Shown here piece by piece: positions 1-9,322 of a DNA stretch of 25,742 nucleotides. Source of the DNA: an uncultured cyanobacterium (GTDB lineage Bacteria; Cyanobacteriota; Cyanobacteriia; Cyanobacteriales; Microcystaceae); contig CAWEDJ010000089.1 of assembly GCA_963807635.1 (NCBI GenBank), positions 1 to 25,742 of the forward strand. Reading direction: 5' to 3'. The notes under the pieces are model-generated. The model worked only from the letters and a program-made list of their open reading frames with translations. It did no database searches and had not been told where the DNA came from. Every line of letters begins with the position of its first letter. The stretch's first letter is position 1. The position numbers were made by a program, and so were the translations under genes.

Positions 1-77
1 AATAATTCTTTTTCTTTGCCATTGGGAAATATAGAATTATTAAACTCTTGTATTAGGTTTATCTCTTGGACTGACAT
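1..77 (-). CDS. 5' part of a hypothetical protein running off the window (MSVQEINLIQEFNNSIFPNGKEKEL...)
   Basis: ATG at 77-75 on the minus strand, open to base 1; only 25 codons visible, no motif. Confidence 0.4.
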   Translation of the reverse strand, partial: MSVQEINLIQEFNNSIFPNGKEKEL

Positions 78-341
78 AGTTTATTTCTTTTTTTAGTTGA
101 TTTACTTATATTATGATACTCGTTAATCCGACGTAACTTTAAAGTCGTTATCTTCCAAGCTTATATTGACTTCTTTTTTTCTCTAATTCTTACGCAGCAA
201 GGCTTTATACTTTTAATCAGGCTGAACCAGTGCCAGAAAGTTCACTATCAATAATATTATAAAAATCTTTAGTAATCATATCCAGTAAAATTAGAATTTT
301 TGCTAGAGTCTTACTCTATGAATGTATTTATGAAGGTATTA

Positions 342-1290
342 TAGTCATTTTAGATAAGGATAAGACAACAAAAAAATGAGGTATACTGGTTAAAAATCAT
401 AAAAGGATTGAAAAATATGCCTTACAGTCTAGACTTAAGAAAAAGAGTAGTGGATTTTGTGGAAAAAGGAGGAAGTCCAACCTATGCATCAAAAATTTAT
501 CAGGTAGGTAGAGCAACAATATATCGGTGGTTGGGAAGAGAAAATTTAGCACCAATAATAGTAGAACATCGTAATCGAAAATTGGATTGGAAAGCGTTAG
601 AAAAAGACGTACAAGAAAATCCCAATGACAGATTAGTAACAAGAGCAAAAAAGTTTGGAGTGCATTTAAGTGCAATATCCTATGCATTAAAAAAGATGGG
701 AATCACCAGAAAAAAAAAGAGTTACGTTACCAAGAAAGAAATAGAGAAGAGCGTATCAAGTATTACAGAATGTTGAGAGAACTGATTAAGATATATGGAA
801 GTGGAAGTCTAGTATTTATAGATGAATCAGGATTTGAAAAATTTCAAGCGATTTTGTATGCTTGGTCAAAAAAAGGGAAGAAAATCTATGGAGAAAAGCA
901 AGGAAAGAGAGGAAAGAGAGAAAATTTGGTAGCGGGAAGAAGGAAAGGGAAAAAAGACTTTATTGCACCAATGATATTTGAAGGAAGTTTAGATGCGTCG
1001 GGTTTTGAAGGTTGGTTAAGTCTATTTCTGCTACCATCACTAACGATACCATCAATACTAATTATGGATAATGCGCCAATTCATCGAAAGACGGTGATCA
1101 GGCAGTTAGTAGAAGAAGCGGGGCATAACATCCTATTTCTTCCCAAATATTCTCCTGATTTAAACGATATTGAACATGATTTTGGTGCGCTAAAACGAGC
1201 GAGGATGTATGCTGACCCTGGCACATCTCTCGACGAAATTATCCGTCAATACTGTACCGCATAGTGTCTCATCCTTATTTGAAATAACTA
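342..1290 (+). mobile_element. IS630-family insertion sequence, ISY100-like, 949 bp
   Basis: 26-bp terminal inverted repeats 342-367 (TAGTCATTTTAGATAAGGATAAGACA) and 1265-1290 (rev-comp TAGTTATTTCAAATAAGGATGAGACA), 22/26 match; flanked by TA at 340-341 and 1291-1292; encloses a DDE transposase; no HIP1 sites inside. Confidence 0.95.
417..1264 (+). CDS. IS630-family transposase, HTH ORF (417-776) and DDE ORF joined by a -1 shift at A9 (710-718); fused product 282 aa
   Basis: N-term MPYSLDLRKRVV HTH, GITRKKK linker; -1 frame continues KELRYQERNREER...FIDESGF...IMDNAPIH...LPKYSPDLNDIE. Confidence 0.92.
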
Positions 1291-1437
1291 TATAATCTGA
1301 TACCTATTACTTTGACGTATTCAAATCACTGAGATATTACTCGAAATCATCAAAAAGCGATCGCCAATTTGATAAATTACTTGAATAAGGAGAAAAAACA
1401 GTTGTAAAATGTTAACTTAACCCTCTATTCTCTAAAG

Positions 1438-2205
1438 ATGACTTACTGTTTAGGACTCATTAATCGTTTTGGAATCGTCATGGGAGCAGACTCCCGAACC
1501 AATGCGGGGGTTGACTATACTTCTTCCTATCGTAAACTGTTTGATTTTTCAGTGGCAAACGAGCGTGCCATTATTCTCTGCACTTCAGGAAATTTGTCCG
1601 TTACGCAGGCAGTCATTAATCAATTAAAGCGAGATATTCGCACGGAAGAAGCGATTAATTTACGCACTATTTCCAGTTTTTCTGATGTGGCTGATTATAT
1701 CGGAAGCAAGATTCGTCAAATTCAAGAACGCGATCGCCCTTGGTTAGAAGCCGATGGCATTGATTATCACTGTAATTTTTTATTAGGTGGACAAATCAAG
1801 GGAGAAGAAACCCAATTATATTTAATTTATCCCCAAGGAAACTATATTCAAGCAACCAAAGAAACCCCTTTTTTACAAATTGGTGAAACTAAGTATGGTA
1901 AGCCCTTATTGGATAGAACAATTACCTATGATACGCCCTTAGAAGCAATGGCAAAATGTGCCTTACTTTCCATTGATTCTACGATGAAATCTAATATTTC
2001 TGTCGGCCCGCCTATTAATTTAGTGATGTATGAAGCGGATAGTTTAATTATTCGCAATAAATTGCAATTACGATTGGGTGATCCCTATTTAGCCAAAATG
2101 CGGGGACTCTGGGAAGAATACGTCCGCCACGCTTTTGACTCTATGCCCAATGTGGAATGGCAAGCCGATTTGAGTGATTCAGGAGAGGAAGTTCTGATTG
2201 ATTAA
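1438..2205 (+). CDS. anbu: Anbu / proteasome-type protease (Ntn hydrolase)
   Basis: N-terminus MTYCLG...ADSRTNAGVD (Thr1 nucleophile after Met removal), QIGETKYGKPLLDR, DSTMKSNISVGPP. Confidence 0.92.
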   Translation: MTYCLGLINRFGIVMGADSRTNAGVDYTSSYRKLFDFSVANERAIILCTSGNLSVTQAVINQLKRDIRTEEAINLRTISSFSDVADYIGSKIRQIQERDRPWLEADGIDYHCNFLLGGQIKGEETQLYLIYPQGNYIQATKETPFLQIGETKYGKPLLDRTITYDTPLEAMAKCALLSIDSTMKSNISVGPPINLVMYEADSLIIRNKLQLRLGDPYLAKMRGLWEEYVRHAFDSMPNVEWQADLSDSGEEVLID

Positions 2206-2323
2206 TCTTCCAGGCGATCGCCGTTGATCGGTTGTTTATCGGTTTTATCAGACCCCCATCTCAGCCAAATCAGGTTAAATTAAAACATAGTCTTATACCC
2301 TACTCCCAAGCTCTATCGAACCC

Positions 2324-3643
2324 ATGAAAATTAGTCAAGCCGAATATCGTCAACGCCGCGATCGCCTGATGGAAAAACTCGGTCAGGGAACTGCCATTGT
2401 CCAGAGTGCGCCCACCGCCGTCATGCACAACGATGTGGAGTATGTCTATCGTCAAGACAGTGATTTTTTCTATTTAACGGGTTTTAATGAAGCCGAAGCC
2501 GTTGCGGTATTTGCGCCCCACCACGAAGAACATAAATTTATTCTCTTTGTCCAACCTAAAGATCCTGAAAAAGAAACTTGGACGGGTTATCGCTGTGGTG
2601 TAGAAGGGGCGAAGGAATTGTATGGAGCCGATGCTACTTATCCCATTAGTGAATTGGATGAAAAATTACCCCAATATCTCGAAAAGTGCGATCGCATCTA
2701 TTACCATTTAGGTCGGGATCACCACTTTAATGAAGTTGTTTTAAATCATTGGCAAAAAATGATGCAGGGTTATTCCAAAAGAGGAACTGGCCCCCAGGCT
2801 TTAGAAAATATTCATCCCGTTTTACACCCCCTAAGACAAGTCAAAAGTGAAGCTGAAATTGATCTATTGCGAAAAGCAACTGCCATTTCAGCCGAAGCCC
2901 ATAACCGCGCCAGGGAATTTGCCAAAGTGGGACATTATGAATACCAAATCGAAGCAGAAATTGCCCACACGTTTCGATTACAAGGAGGCATGGGAACCGC
3001 CTATCCTTCCATTGTGGCATCTGGAGCCAATGCCTGTATTCTGCACTATATCAACAACGATCAACAGGTTCAAGAAAATGATTTAATCCTGATTGATGCG
3101 GGCTGTTCCTACGAATATTACAACGGAGATATTACTCGGACTTTTCCCGTTAGTGGTAAATTTACGCCCGAACAAAAAGCCCTTTATGAAATCGTTTTAG
3201 CGGCCCAATTAAAAGCGATTGAACAGGTACAAGTTAGTAATCCTTATAATCAATTTCATGATACGGCAGTGCGAACCATTGTCGAAGGATTAATGGATTT
3301 AGGATTATTAATTGGCGATATTGAAGAAATTATTAAAGAAGAAAAATATAAGCCTTTTTATATGCACCGTACTGGACATTGGTTAGGATTGGATGTCCAT
3401 GATGCAGGATTCTATAAAGTGGGAGCCGAAAGTTGGCGATCGCTGCAATCAGGTAATGTTTTAACCGTAGAACCAGGGATTTATATTGGCCCTGATATTA
3501 AACCCTTTGAAGGTCAACCCGAAATCCCCGAAAAATGGCGTGGGATTGGCATTCGGATAGAAGATGATGTTTTGGTAACGGAAAATGGCCCAGAGGTTTT
3601 AACGGCGGCAGTTCCCAAATTAATCGAAGATCTAGAACATTAA
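2324..3643 (+). CDS. pepP: Xaa-Pro aminopeptidase (aminopeptidase P, M24B)
   Basis: YRQDSDFFYLTGF N-domain; ACILHY, LIDAG, DITRTFP, HRTGHWLGLDVHD, TVEPGIY, GIRIEDDV metal-binding motifs. Confidence 0.96.
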   Translation: MKISQAEYRQRRDRLMEKLGQGTAIVQSAPTAVMHNDVEYVYRQDSDFFYLTGFNEAEAVAVFAPHHEEHKFILFVQPKDPEKETWTGYRCGVEGAKELYGADATYPISELDEKLPQYLEKCDRIYYHLGRDHHFNEVVLNHWQKMMQGYSKRGTGPQALENIHPVLHPLRQVKSEAEIDLLRKATAISAEAHNRAREFAKVGHYEYQIEAEIAHTFRLQGGMGTAYPSIVASGANACILHYINNDQQVQENDLILIDAGCSYEYYNGDITRTFPVSGKFTPEQKALYEIVLAAQLKAIEQVQVSNPYNQFHDTAVRTIVEGLMDLGLLIGDIEEIIKEEKYKPFYMHRTGHWLGLDVHDAGFYKVGAESWRSLQSGNVLTVEPGIYIGPDIKPFEGQPEIPEKWRGIGIRIEDDVLVTENGPEVLTAAVPKLIEDLEH

Positions 3644-3745
3644 TCGAAAATATGGCGAATAGGGTTAAGCTCACTAGAATTCGCCGACCATCCTCACTAT
3701 TGATAATCGAGATTTGATTGCAAAGATAAGGACGAGAGTTAGCGA

Positions 3746-4462
3746 ATGCTGAAAACCAACCTGCAAATTTTGCCCAGTAGTGATGACCTGATTGACTCAG
3801 ACGACATACCTGTGGATAACGAAGATCAAAATTTTGTCCCCAATTTTCTCCTGTTTCTGCTGGAATCCATTTGGAAGCACCGTGGAGATTGGTTTTTTGC
3901 GGTGGATATGGGGGTTTACCATACGACAGGGTTAAATCCGAGAGTGCCAGTGGTTCCCGATGCTTTTCTTAGTTTGGGAGTAGAACGTCGTCGCTCAGGT
4001 AAATCTCGCCGCAGTTATGTGGTCTGGGAAGAGCAAGAAATCGTTCCTATCTTCGCGCTAGAAGTCGTTTCTCAATCACCAGGAGGAGAATACGATGAAA
4101 AAATGACTATTTATCGTCAACTAGGGGTAAATTATTATGTCATTTATAATCCCCAATTTTGGCAACGCGATCGCCATTTACCCTTTGAAGTTTATAAATT
4201 GGTGGAAGGAAATTATCAGTTACAAAAAGGTGAACCCTTTTGGATGCCAGAAATTGGCTTGGGAATTGGTCGATGTGATTTGCCCTTAGATCCTCTCGGT
4301 CGCGAAGTTTTAACTTGGTTTAATCATCAGAGCGATCGCTATTTGACGACGGAAGAACAACTTAATTTAGAGCGACAAAGAGCGGATATCGCGCAACAGC
4401 AATTAGAATCCCTGCTTGCCCAAATGCGTTCTTTAGGAATCCAGCCAGAGCAAGAGATTTAG
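3746..4462 (+). CDS. Uma2 (DUF820) family putative PD-(D/E)XK endonuclease
   Basis: LPSSDDLIDSDDIPVDNEDQN, VVPDAFLSLGV, ALEVVS, YYVIYNP, C-terminal coiled coil typical of cyanobacterial Uma2 paralogs. Confidence 0.9.
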   Translation: MLKTNLQILPSSDDLIDSDDIPVDNEDQNFVPNFLLFLLESIWKHRGDWFFAVDMGVYHTTGLNPRVPVVPDAFLSLGVERRRSGKSRRSYVVWEEQEIVPIFALEVVSQSPGGEYDEKMTIYRQLGVNYYVIYNPQFWQRDRHLPFEVYKLVEGNYQLQKGEPFWMPEIGLGIGRCDLPLDPLGREVLTWFNHQSDRYLTTEEQLNLERQRADIAQQQLESLLAQMRSLGIQPEQEI

Positions 4463-4465
4463 TTT

Positions 4466-4484
4466 GCCAGTCTTTTGGCTTTTT
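4466..4484 (+). terminator. Possible weak intrinsic terminator after the Uma2 gene
   Basis: GCCAG-TCTT-TTGGC hairpin followed by TTTTT, 3 nt after the stop. Confidence 0.35.
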
Positions 4485-4559
4485 GGAGAAAAACAATCGC
4501 GCCTTTCGTCTCAATAGTGCAGAAAGCAGAATAAACTCTTTCCTAAAGTTATTTTGTCC

Positions 4560-4913
4560 CTAAGCGTCTGGTTTACGGCGTAAGTGGGCAATTCCATCCA
4601 GAAAAAGCTGAAATAGTTCCCTTTCTTGCTTAAAAAATTGATAATTCTTTGACTTGCGAAAGTAACGGGCAAATGCCCAACGTCCTCCTTCAATCAGCAA
4701 GTAAAGACTACAGGCGATAACGAGATACTGCCACAGGGTTAAGCCCAAAGTAAATCCAAACAGGAAACGCATCAAGATAGAGGACTCCAATATTAAAAAC
4801 GGGATCTCAATCAAGGTTTCGGTTAAAACGACTTTCCAACCTATCCCCAAGAGTTTTTTAAAAATGGGAAAACGAGAAACAAGGCGGACAAACCATTGAC
4901 GCAGGCAACTCAT
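4560..4913 (-). CDS. Small hypothetical membrane protein
   Basis: 117-aa ORF with two hydrophobic segments and a basic C-terminus; divergent from gpmI. Confidence 0.65.
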   Translation of the reverse strand: MSCLRQWFVRLVSRFPIFKKLLGIGWKVVLTETLIEIPFLILESSILMRFLFGFTLGLTLWQYLVIACSLYLLIEGGRWAFARYFRKSKNYQFFKQERELFQLFLDGIAHLRRKPDA

Positions 4914-5183
4914 GGCAGTAACAAACGGGGATTATTTTAAAGCTTCTCATAATTCTTTCATATTTTGGGGCGTTCAGAACCAACCTTGCCCCGTCAATTT
5001 CCCATTCCCCATACTGTTTTCAACCTATTCTGTAAGTTTTGATTTGTCCTAATCCTGATTGAGCTGCCTTTCACCTTAAACTCAAAGATAGATTGAATTA
5101 AATGAATCTGGAGACAAAAGCAACGGTCAATGCTATCATCTATGGGCATAAAGAAAAGTAACTGAAGAAATAGGGCAATTAAC

Positions 5184-6781
5184 ATGGTGCAGGCACCTGT
5201 CTCTCCGGTGGTGTTAGTTATTCTAGACGGTTGGGGTTATCGTCAAAACGAACGGGCTAATGCGATCGCGTTGGCTAAAACTCCGATTATGGATAGTGTG
5301 ATGGAAACCTATCCGTCAACTCTGATCAATACCTCTGGTAAGGATGTCGGCCTTCCCAAGGGACAAATGGGTAATTCAGAAGTCGGTCATCTTAACCTCG
5401 GTGCTGGCCAGGTGGTTCCCCAGGAATTGGTGCGAATTTCCGATGCAGTAGAAGACAAAACATTGTTTGAAAACTCAGCATTGTTAGCGGTTTGTAAGGA
5501 TGTCCGCGATCGCCAAAGTAAGCTTCATTTAATCGGACTTTGTTCTGATGGTGGCGTGCATTCCCATTTAGATCATTTATTAGGGCTGCTAGATCTGGCG
5601 AAGTTAAAAGGCTTGGGCAATGTTTGTGTTCATGCCATCACCGATGGGCCGACACTCGTACCACCGAAGGCGTTAATGCCCTAACCAGCATCCAGAATCA
5701 TATTGATCAAATTGGGATCGGTCGGATTTCTACCCTCAGTGGACGTTACTTCGCAATGGATCGCGATCGCCGATGGGACAGGGTTAAAAAAGCCTACGAC
5801 GTGATCACCGAAGAAGGTCTAGGAGATGGGCGTACTGCCATTCAAGTCCTAAAGGATTACTATGCCCAGGATATTACCGACGAATTCATTCCCCCCACAC
5901 GCATTACCAATGGAGCCATTGAACCTGGCGATGGTGTAATCTTCTTCAATTTCCGCCCCGATCGCTCTCGACAAATGTGTTATGCCCTGCTCAATCCCAG
6001 TTTTGATGGTTTTGAGCGGGAAAGGATCGAACCGTTGAGTTTTGTCACCCTTACCCAATACGATCCCCATTTACCCGTTAAAGTCGCCTTTGAACCCCAA
6101 AACTTAAATAATATTCTGGGTGAAGTGATTGCTAGGGAAGGCTTTAAACAATTTCGGACGGCTGAAACGGAAAAATATCCTCACGTTACCTACTTTTTTA
6201 ATGGGGGACTCGAAAATCCCTTTGAAGGGGAAGACCGAGAATTAATTCAAAGCCCAATGGTCGCGACCTATGACCAATCTCCTGCGATGTCTGCGGCGAA
6301 AGTTACCGATGCGGCCTGTACTGCGATCAAAAAAGGAATTTATACCCTCGTCGTCATGAACTATGCGAATCCCGATATGGTGGGTCATACAGGCAATCTA
6401 GAAGCCGCCATTACTGCCATCCAAACCGTTGATCAATGTATCGGGAAATTACTGAGCAGTATCAGTAAAATGGGAGGCACAGCGATTATTACCGCCGATC
6501 ATGGTAACGCAGAATATATGAGTGATGAAAACGGCAATCCTTGGACAGCTCACACTACCAATCCCGTTCCCCTAATTTTAGTCGAGGGAGAGGGCAGAAA
6601 AATTCTAGGGCATGGGGGAGATGTTAAACTACGAGAAGGTGGACGGTTAGCCGATATTGCTCCAACGATTCTCGATATTTTGCAATTACCTAAACCCTCG
6701 GAAATGTCGGGAGAATCCTTAATTGAGTCTCCCCTAGTAGAAACGAAAGTTTCTCGTACCCCTGTGCGGATTGCTCGTTAA
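5184..6781 (+). CDS. gpmI: 2,3-bisphosphoglycerate-independent phosphoglycerate mutase (one frameshift at ~5647-5651; repaired 532 aa)
   Basis: LVILDGWG, GQMGNSEVGH, GRYFAMDRDRRWDR, AETEKYPHVTYFFNGG, NPDMVGHTG, TADHGNAE; the TDGRDT motif is broken by one missing base. Confidence 0.96.
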
Positions 6782-6830
6782 ATTTAGTTAATCGTTACCT
6801 ATTGACCCTTTTTGAAAGAAAATCAACCCT

Positions 6831-7066
6831 ATGACTCTTGTAGATCTAATTCGCATCATTTGGACTATCTCTGCGGCGCCCTTTTAGTGGTGCTTGTGTT
6901 GCTCCATAGCCCCAAAGGTGACGGACTCGGCGGTATTGGTGGCCAGTCTCAATTATTTACCAGTGCCAAAAGTGCAGAAAAAACCCTGAATCAAATTACT
7001 TGGACATTGAGTAGCATTTTCATGAGTCTAACGGTGGTACTGAGTGCAGGTTGGTTGGCTAAATAA
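6831..7066 (+). CDS. secG: Preprotein translocase subunit SecG (frameshift at ~6875-6880; repaired 77 aa)
   Basis: ATG 6831 MTLVDLIRIIWTISA, then the other frame LLVVLVLLHSPKGDGLGGIGGQSQLFTSAKSAEKTLN; directly after gpmI. Confidence 0.93.
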
Positions 7067-7826
7067 ACGGCTAAAACGAGCAAGAAAATTTTATTTAGGG
7101 CTGGTAGTCGTTGCCAGTCTATTTTTCGTTATTGGGAATCCCTTATCGATAACGGCGGCCAATCCATCTTCTCTTCCCCCTCTCAAAATCCATCCCCTAC
7201 CGCCTAGTTTGGCAAAACTTTCTTCCGACCTCAAAGCAGGTGACTATTTTGATCAAATTCAATCAACCCCTGTAGGCTATTTGATTTGGTCTGAATTTCC
7301 CATTAAAGTCTATCTCGATCGCCCCCCCGAAACGAACGATTCATCAGCGAGTTATCAACGCTTTCAGCAATGGACAGAAGCCGTCCTCCAGGCGATCGCG
7401 GATTGGAATGTTTATTTGCCACTCAGAGAAGTCAAAGATATTGAACAAGCAGATATTCTGATTCAACGCCTGGAACCGCCTTTAGGAAGAAAGATTGACC
7501 CCGCCACAGGACAAATTGAAATTCCCCGCGCTCGAACAGCCCAAACCCGTTATCAATTTTATTCAACCGAAACCAATCCGACCCTTGTGCTTGCTCGTAT
7601 GACCATTCAAATCAAACCAGGGCTGAGTCCCACTGCAACCCTAGCGGCTATTCGCCACGAATTAGGCCATGCCTTGGGAATTTGGGGTCACAGTCCCGTC
7701 GAAGCAGATGTCATGTTTTATTCCCAGACAAAAAAATCGCCCCCCATTTCTACAAGGGACGTCAACACGCTTATTAGAATTTATCAACAGTCAACGCAAT
7801 TGGGTTGGCCATTGGCTAAATCCTAA
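7044..7826 (+). CDS. Secreted zinc metalloprotease, matrixin/M10-like (start uncertain)
   Basis: HELGHALGIWGHS (HExxHxxGxxH) plus Met-turn DVMF; N-terminal basic + hydrophobic signal. Confidence 0.88.
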   Translation: MQVGWLNKRLKRARKFYLGLVVVASLFFVIGNPLSITAANPSSLPPLKIHPLPPSLAKLSSDLKAGDYFDQIQSTPVGYLIWSEFPIKVYLDRPPETNDSSASYQRFQQWTEAVLQAIADWNVYLPLREVKDIEQADILIQRLEPPLGRKIDPATGQIEIPRARTAQTRYQFYSTETNPTLVLARMTIQIKPGLSPTATLAAIRHELGHALGIWGHSPVEADVMFYSQTKKSPPISTRDVNTLIRIYQQSTQLGWPLAKS

Positions 7827-8383
7827 GCTTCTTCTGAATTAGCAGATTGCTTTTTAGCAAATTCTTTTTGACAGCGAGAGCCGAAGCCTAAAGCGGCAAG
7901 AGATCCCAGAATTGTCAAAGGCTCAGGAACGGGAGTAGGAGCTAAGGGATTACCACCAAAATTAGGATTGACAAAACCAGAAGGGACACCTGTCGCGGTC
8001 ACAGTAAAGGTTTGGAATCTAACAGCACGACGTTGGGCGGCTAATTCACCGATTGTCTTAAAAGTGACAAATGTGTCATGAACAGCAGTCTTGTCAGGAT
8101 CAAAGGTTGAATCAGAATAAATGACTCCCGCTTGATTTATCTGAGGGTCAGGCAAAGATGCCGATTTCACTTGATCAAAACCACTGATTACTAGGGACTG
8201 ATTAGGTAAAATGACATCATCAGGATCAGCCTGAAACTCAAAGTTAAAATCAAAGAAGCCAGCAGTCGAACTCTGAGACGAATTGAGGTAAAAGAATTGG
8301 AAAGCCTGAGCTTTAGAAGTCAAGGTTACAAAAGTTAAACCTGCTACTGTCAAGCCTAGAGAAAGTTTTTTGAAATTCATCAT
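7823..8383 (-). CDS. PEP-CTERM sorting-domain protein, copy 1 (ORF extends to 8401)
   Basis: Signal peptide ending AQA; C-terminal PTPVPEPLTILGSLAALGFG + basic tail; SD-like GGGGAG at 8396-8391 favours ATG 8383/8380. Confidence 0.93.
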   Translation of the reverse strand: MMNFKKLSLGLTVAGLTFVTLTSKAQAFQFFYLNSSQSSTAGFFDFNFEFQADPDDVILPNQSLVISGFDQVKSASLPDPQINQAGVIYSDSTFDPDKTAVHDTFVTFKTIGELAAQRRAVRFQTFTVTATGVPSGFVNPNFGGNPLAPTPVPEPLTILGSLAALGFGSRCQKEFAKKQSANSEEA

Positions 8384-8466
8384 GAACGCACTCCCCATCA
8401 CGAGAAGAATAAATAAATTAGGGTGTTAAACCCAAAATGTAAAATTTAGAGAGATTCTAAACGGCC

Positions 8467-8495
8467 ATTCTAAGGTACAAAATCTTATCTGGCAA
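8467..8495 (-). promoter_or_regulatory. sigma70-type promoter of PEP-CTERM copy 1
   Basis: Minus strand TTGCCA (8495-8490) -N17- TAGAAT (8472-8467); both hexamers identical in copy 2. Confidence 0.75.
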
Positions 8496-8514
8496 ATAGA
8501 ATGTAAATTAAGGC

Positions 8515-8656
8515 AGGGCGATCGCCTCTATGAAAAAAGACTTGCTGTTTTATGACCCAATACAAAACATCCCCCATTTCTGCAAGAGACGTTAACAGGC
8601 TTATCAAAATTTATCAACAGTCAGCGAAACTTGCTTGATTATTTCGTCAAGCCTAA
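8515..8656 (+). pseudogene. Decayed duplicate of the 3' end of the M10 protease gene
   Basis: ccccatttctgcaagagacgttaacaggcttatcaaaatttatcaacagtca aligns with 7742-7793; the TGG codon has become TGA; no usable start and no HExxH part. Confidence 0.82.
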
Positions 8657-9213
8657 GCCTCTTCTAAAGTTTCTTCTGCATTAGCAGATTTCTTTTTAGC
8701 AAACTCTTTTTGACAACGAGAGCCAAAACCCAAAGCCGCTAAGGAACCCAAAATGGTCAAAGGTTCAGGAACGGGTGTAGGAGCAAGAAAATTCCCACGA
8801 AACTTGGCATTCACAAAACCAGAAGGGACACCTGTCGGAGTACCTGTCGTAGTAATGGAAAAAGTCTGGTAACGAGTAGGCCTAGATATACCAACGAACT
8901 TAGCAGTTACGGTAAAAATAGCCGTATCTGGAGTGTAAGAGGTTGTTTTAAATGAATCGGATGCTAGTAAAACTTGTGGCACATCGTCGATATACTTAGT
9001 CAACTGTATCCCTGAAATCCCATTAAAACCGCTAATGCTCAACTCATCTTCTTCTTTAATGATGTCAGTTGGGCCGTTAGTGACAAACTCGAAGTTATAA
9101 GTGTTGTTATTGCTACCAATAAAGTTGAATTCATAGGCTTGGGCTTGGGTAGTTAGAGAAATAATCCCTAGCCCCGTCAAGGCTAAGCTGAAAGAGAGAT
9201 GTTTAAGATTCAT
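8653..9213 (-). CDS. PEP-CTERM sorting-domain protein, copy 2 (ORF extends to 9231)
   Basis: Signal peptide ending AQA; LAPTPVPEPLTILGSLAALGFGSRCQKEFAKK identical to copy 1; SD-like GGGGAG 9229-9224. Confidence 0.93.
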   Translation of the reverse strand: MNLKHLSFSLALTGLGIISLTTQAQAYEFNFIGSNNNTYNFEFVTNGPTDIIKEEDELSISGFNGISGIQLTKYIDDVPQVLLASDSFKTTSYTPDTAIFTVTAKFVGISRPTRYQTFSITTTGTPTGVPSGFVNAKFRGNFLAPTPVPEPLTILGSLAALGFGSRCQKEFAKKKSANAEETLEEA

Positions 9214-9293
9214 TATTGACGAACTCCCCATCGCGACAAAGATAAGTTGAAACGTTAAAACTAAAATAAAAATTTAATAGAATTCTATTGGTC

Positions 9294-9322
9294 ATTCTAG
9301 GTTAAAAAATTCTATCTGGCAA
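9294..9322 (-). promoter_or_regulatory. sigma70-type promoter of PEP-CTERM copy 2
   Basis: Minus strand TTGCCA (9322-9317) -N17- TAGAAT (9299-9294). Confidence 0.75.

Noticed and set aside
3654..3685. GGCGAAT...ATTCGCC inverted repeat after pepP as a terminator or MITE
   Set aside because: 7-bp arms, 18-nt loop, no U-tract, no second copy in the window
3746..4462. Uma2 gene as a restriction or defence system
   Set aside because: No methylase or defence partners nearby; Uma2 paralogs are abundant solitary genes in cyanobacteria
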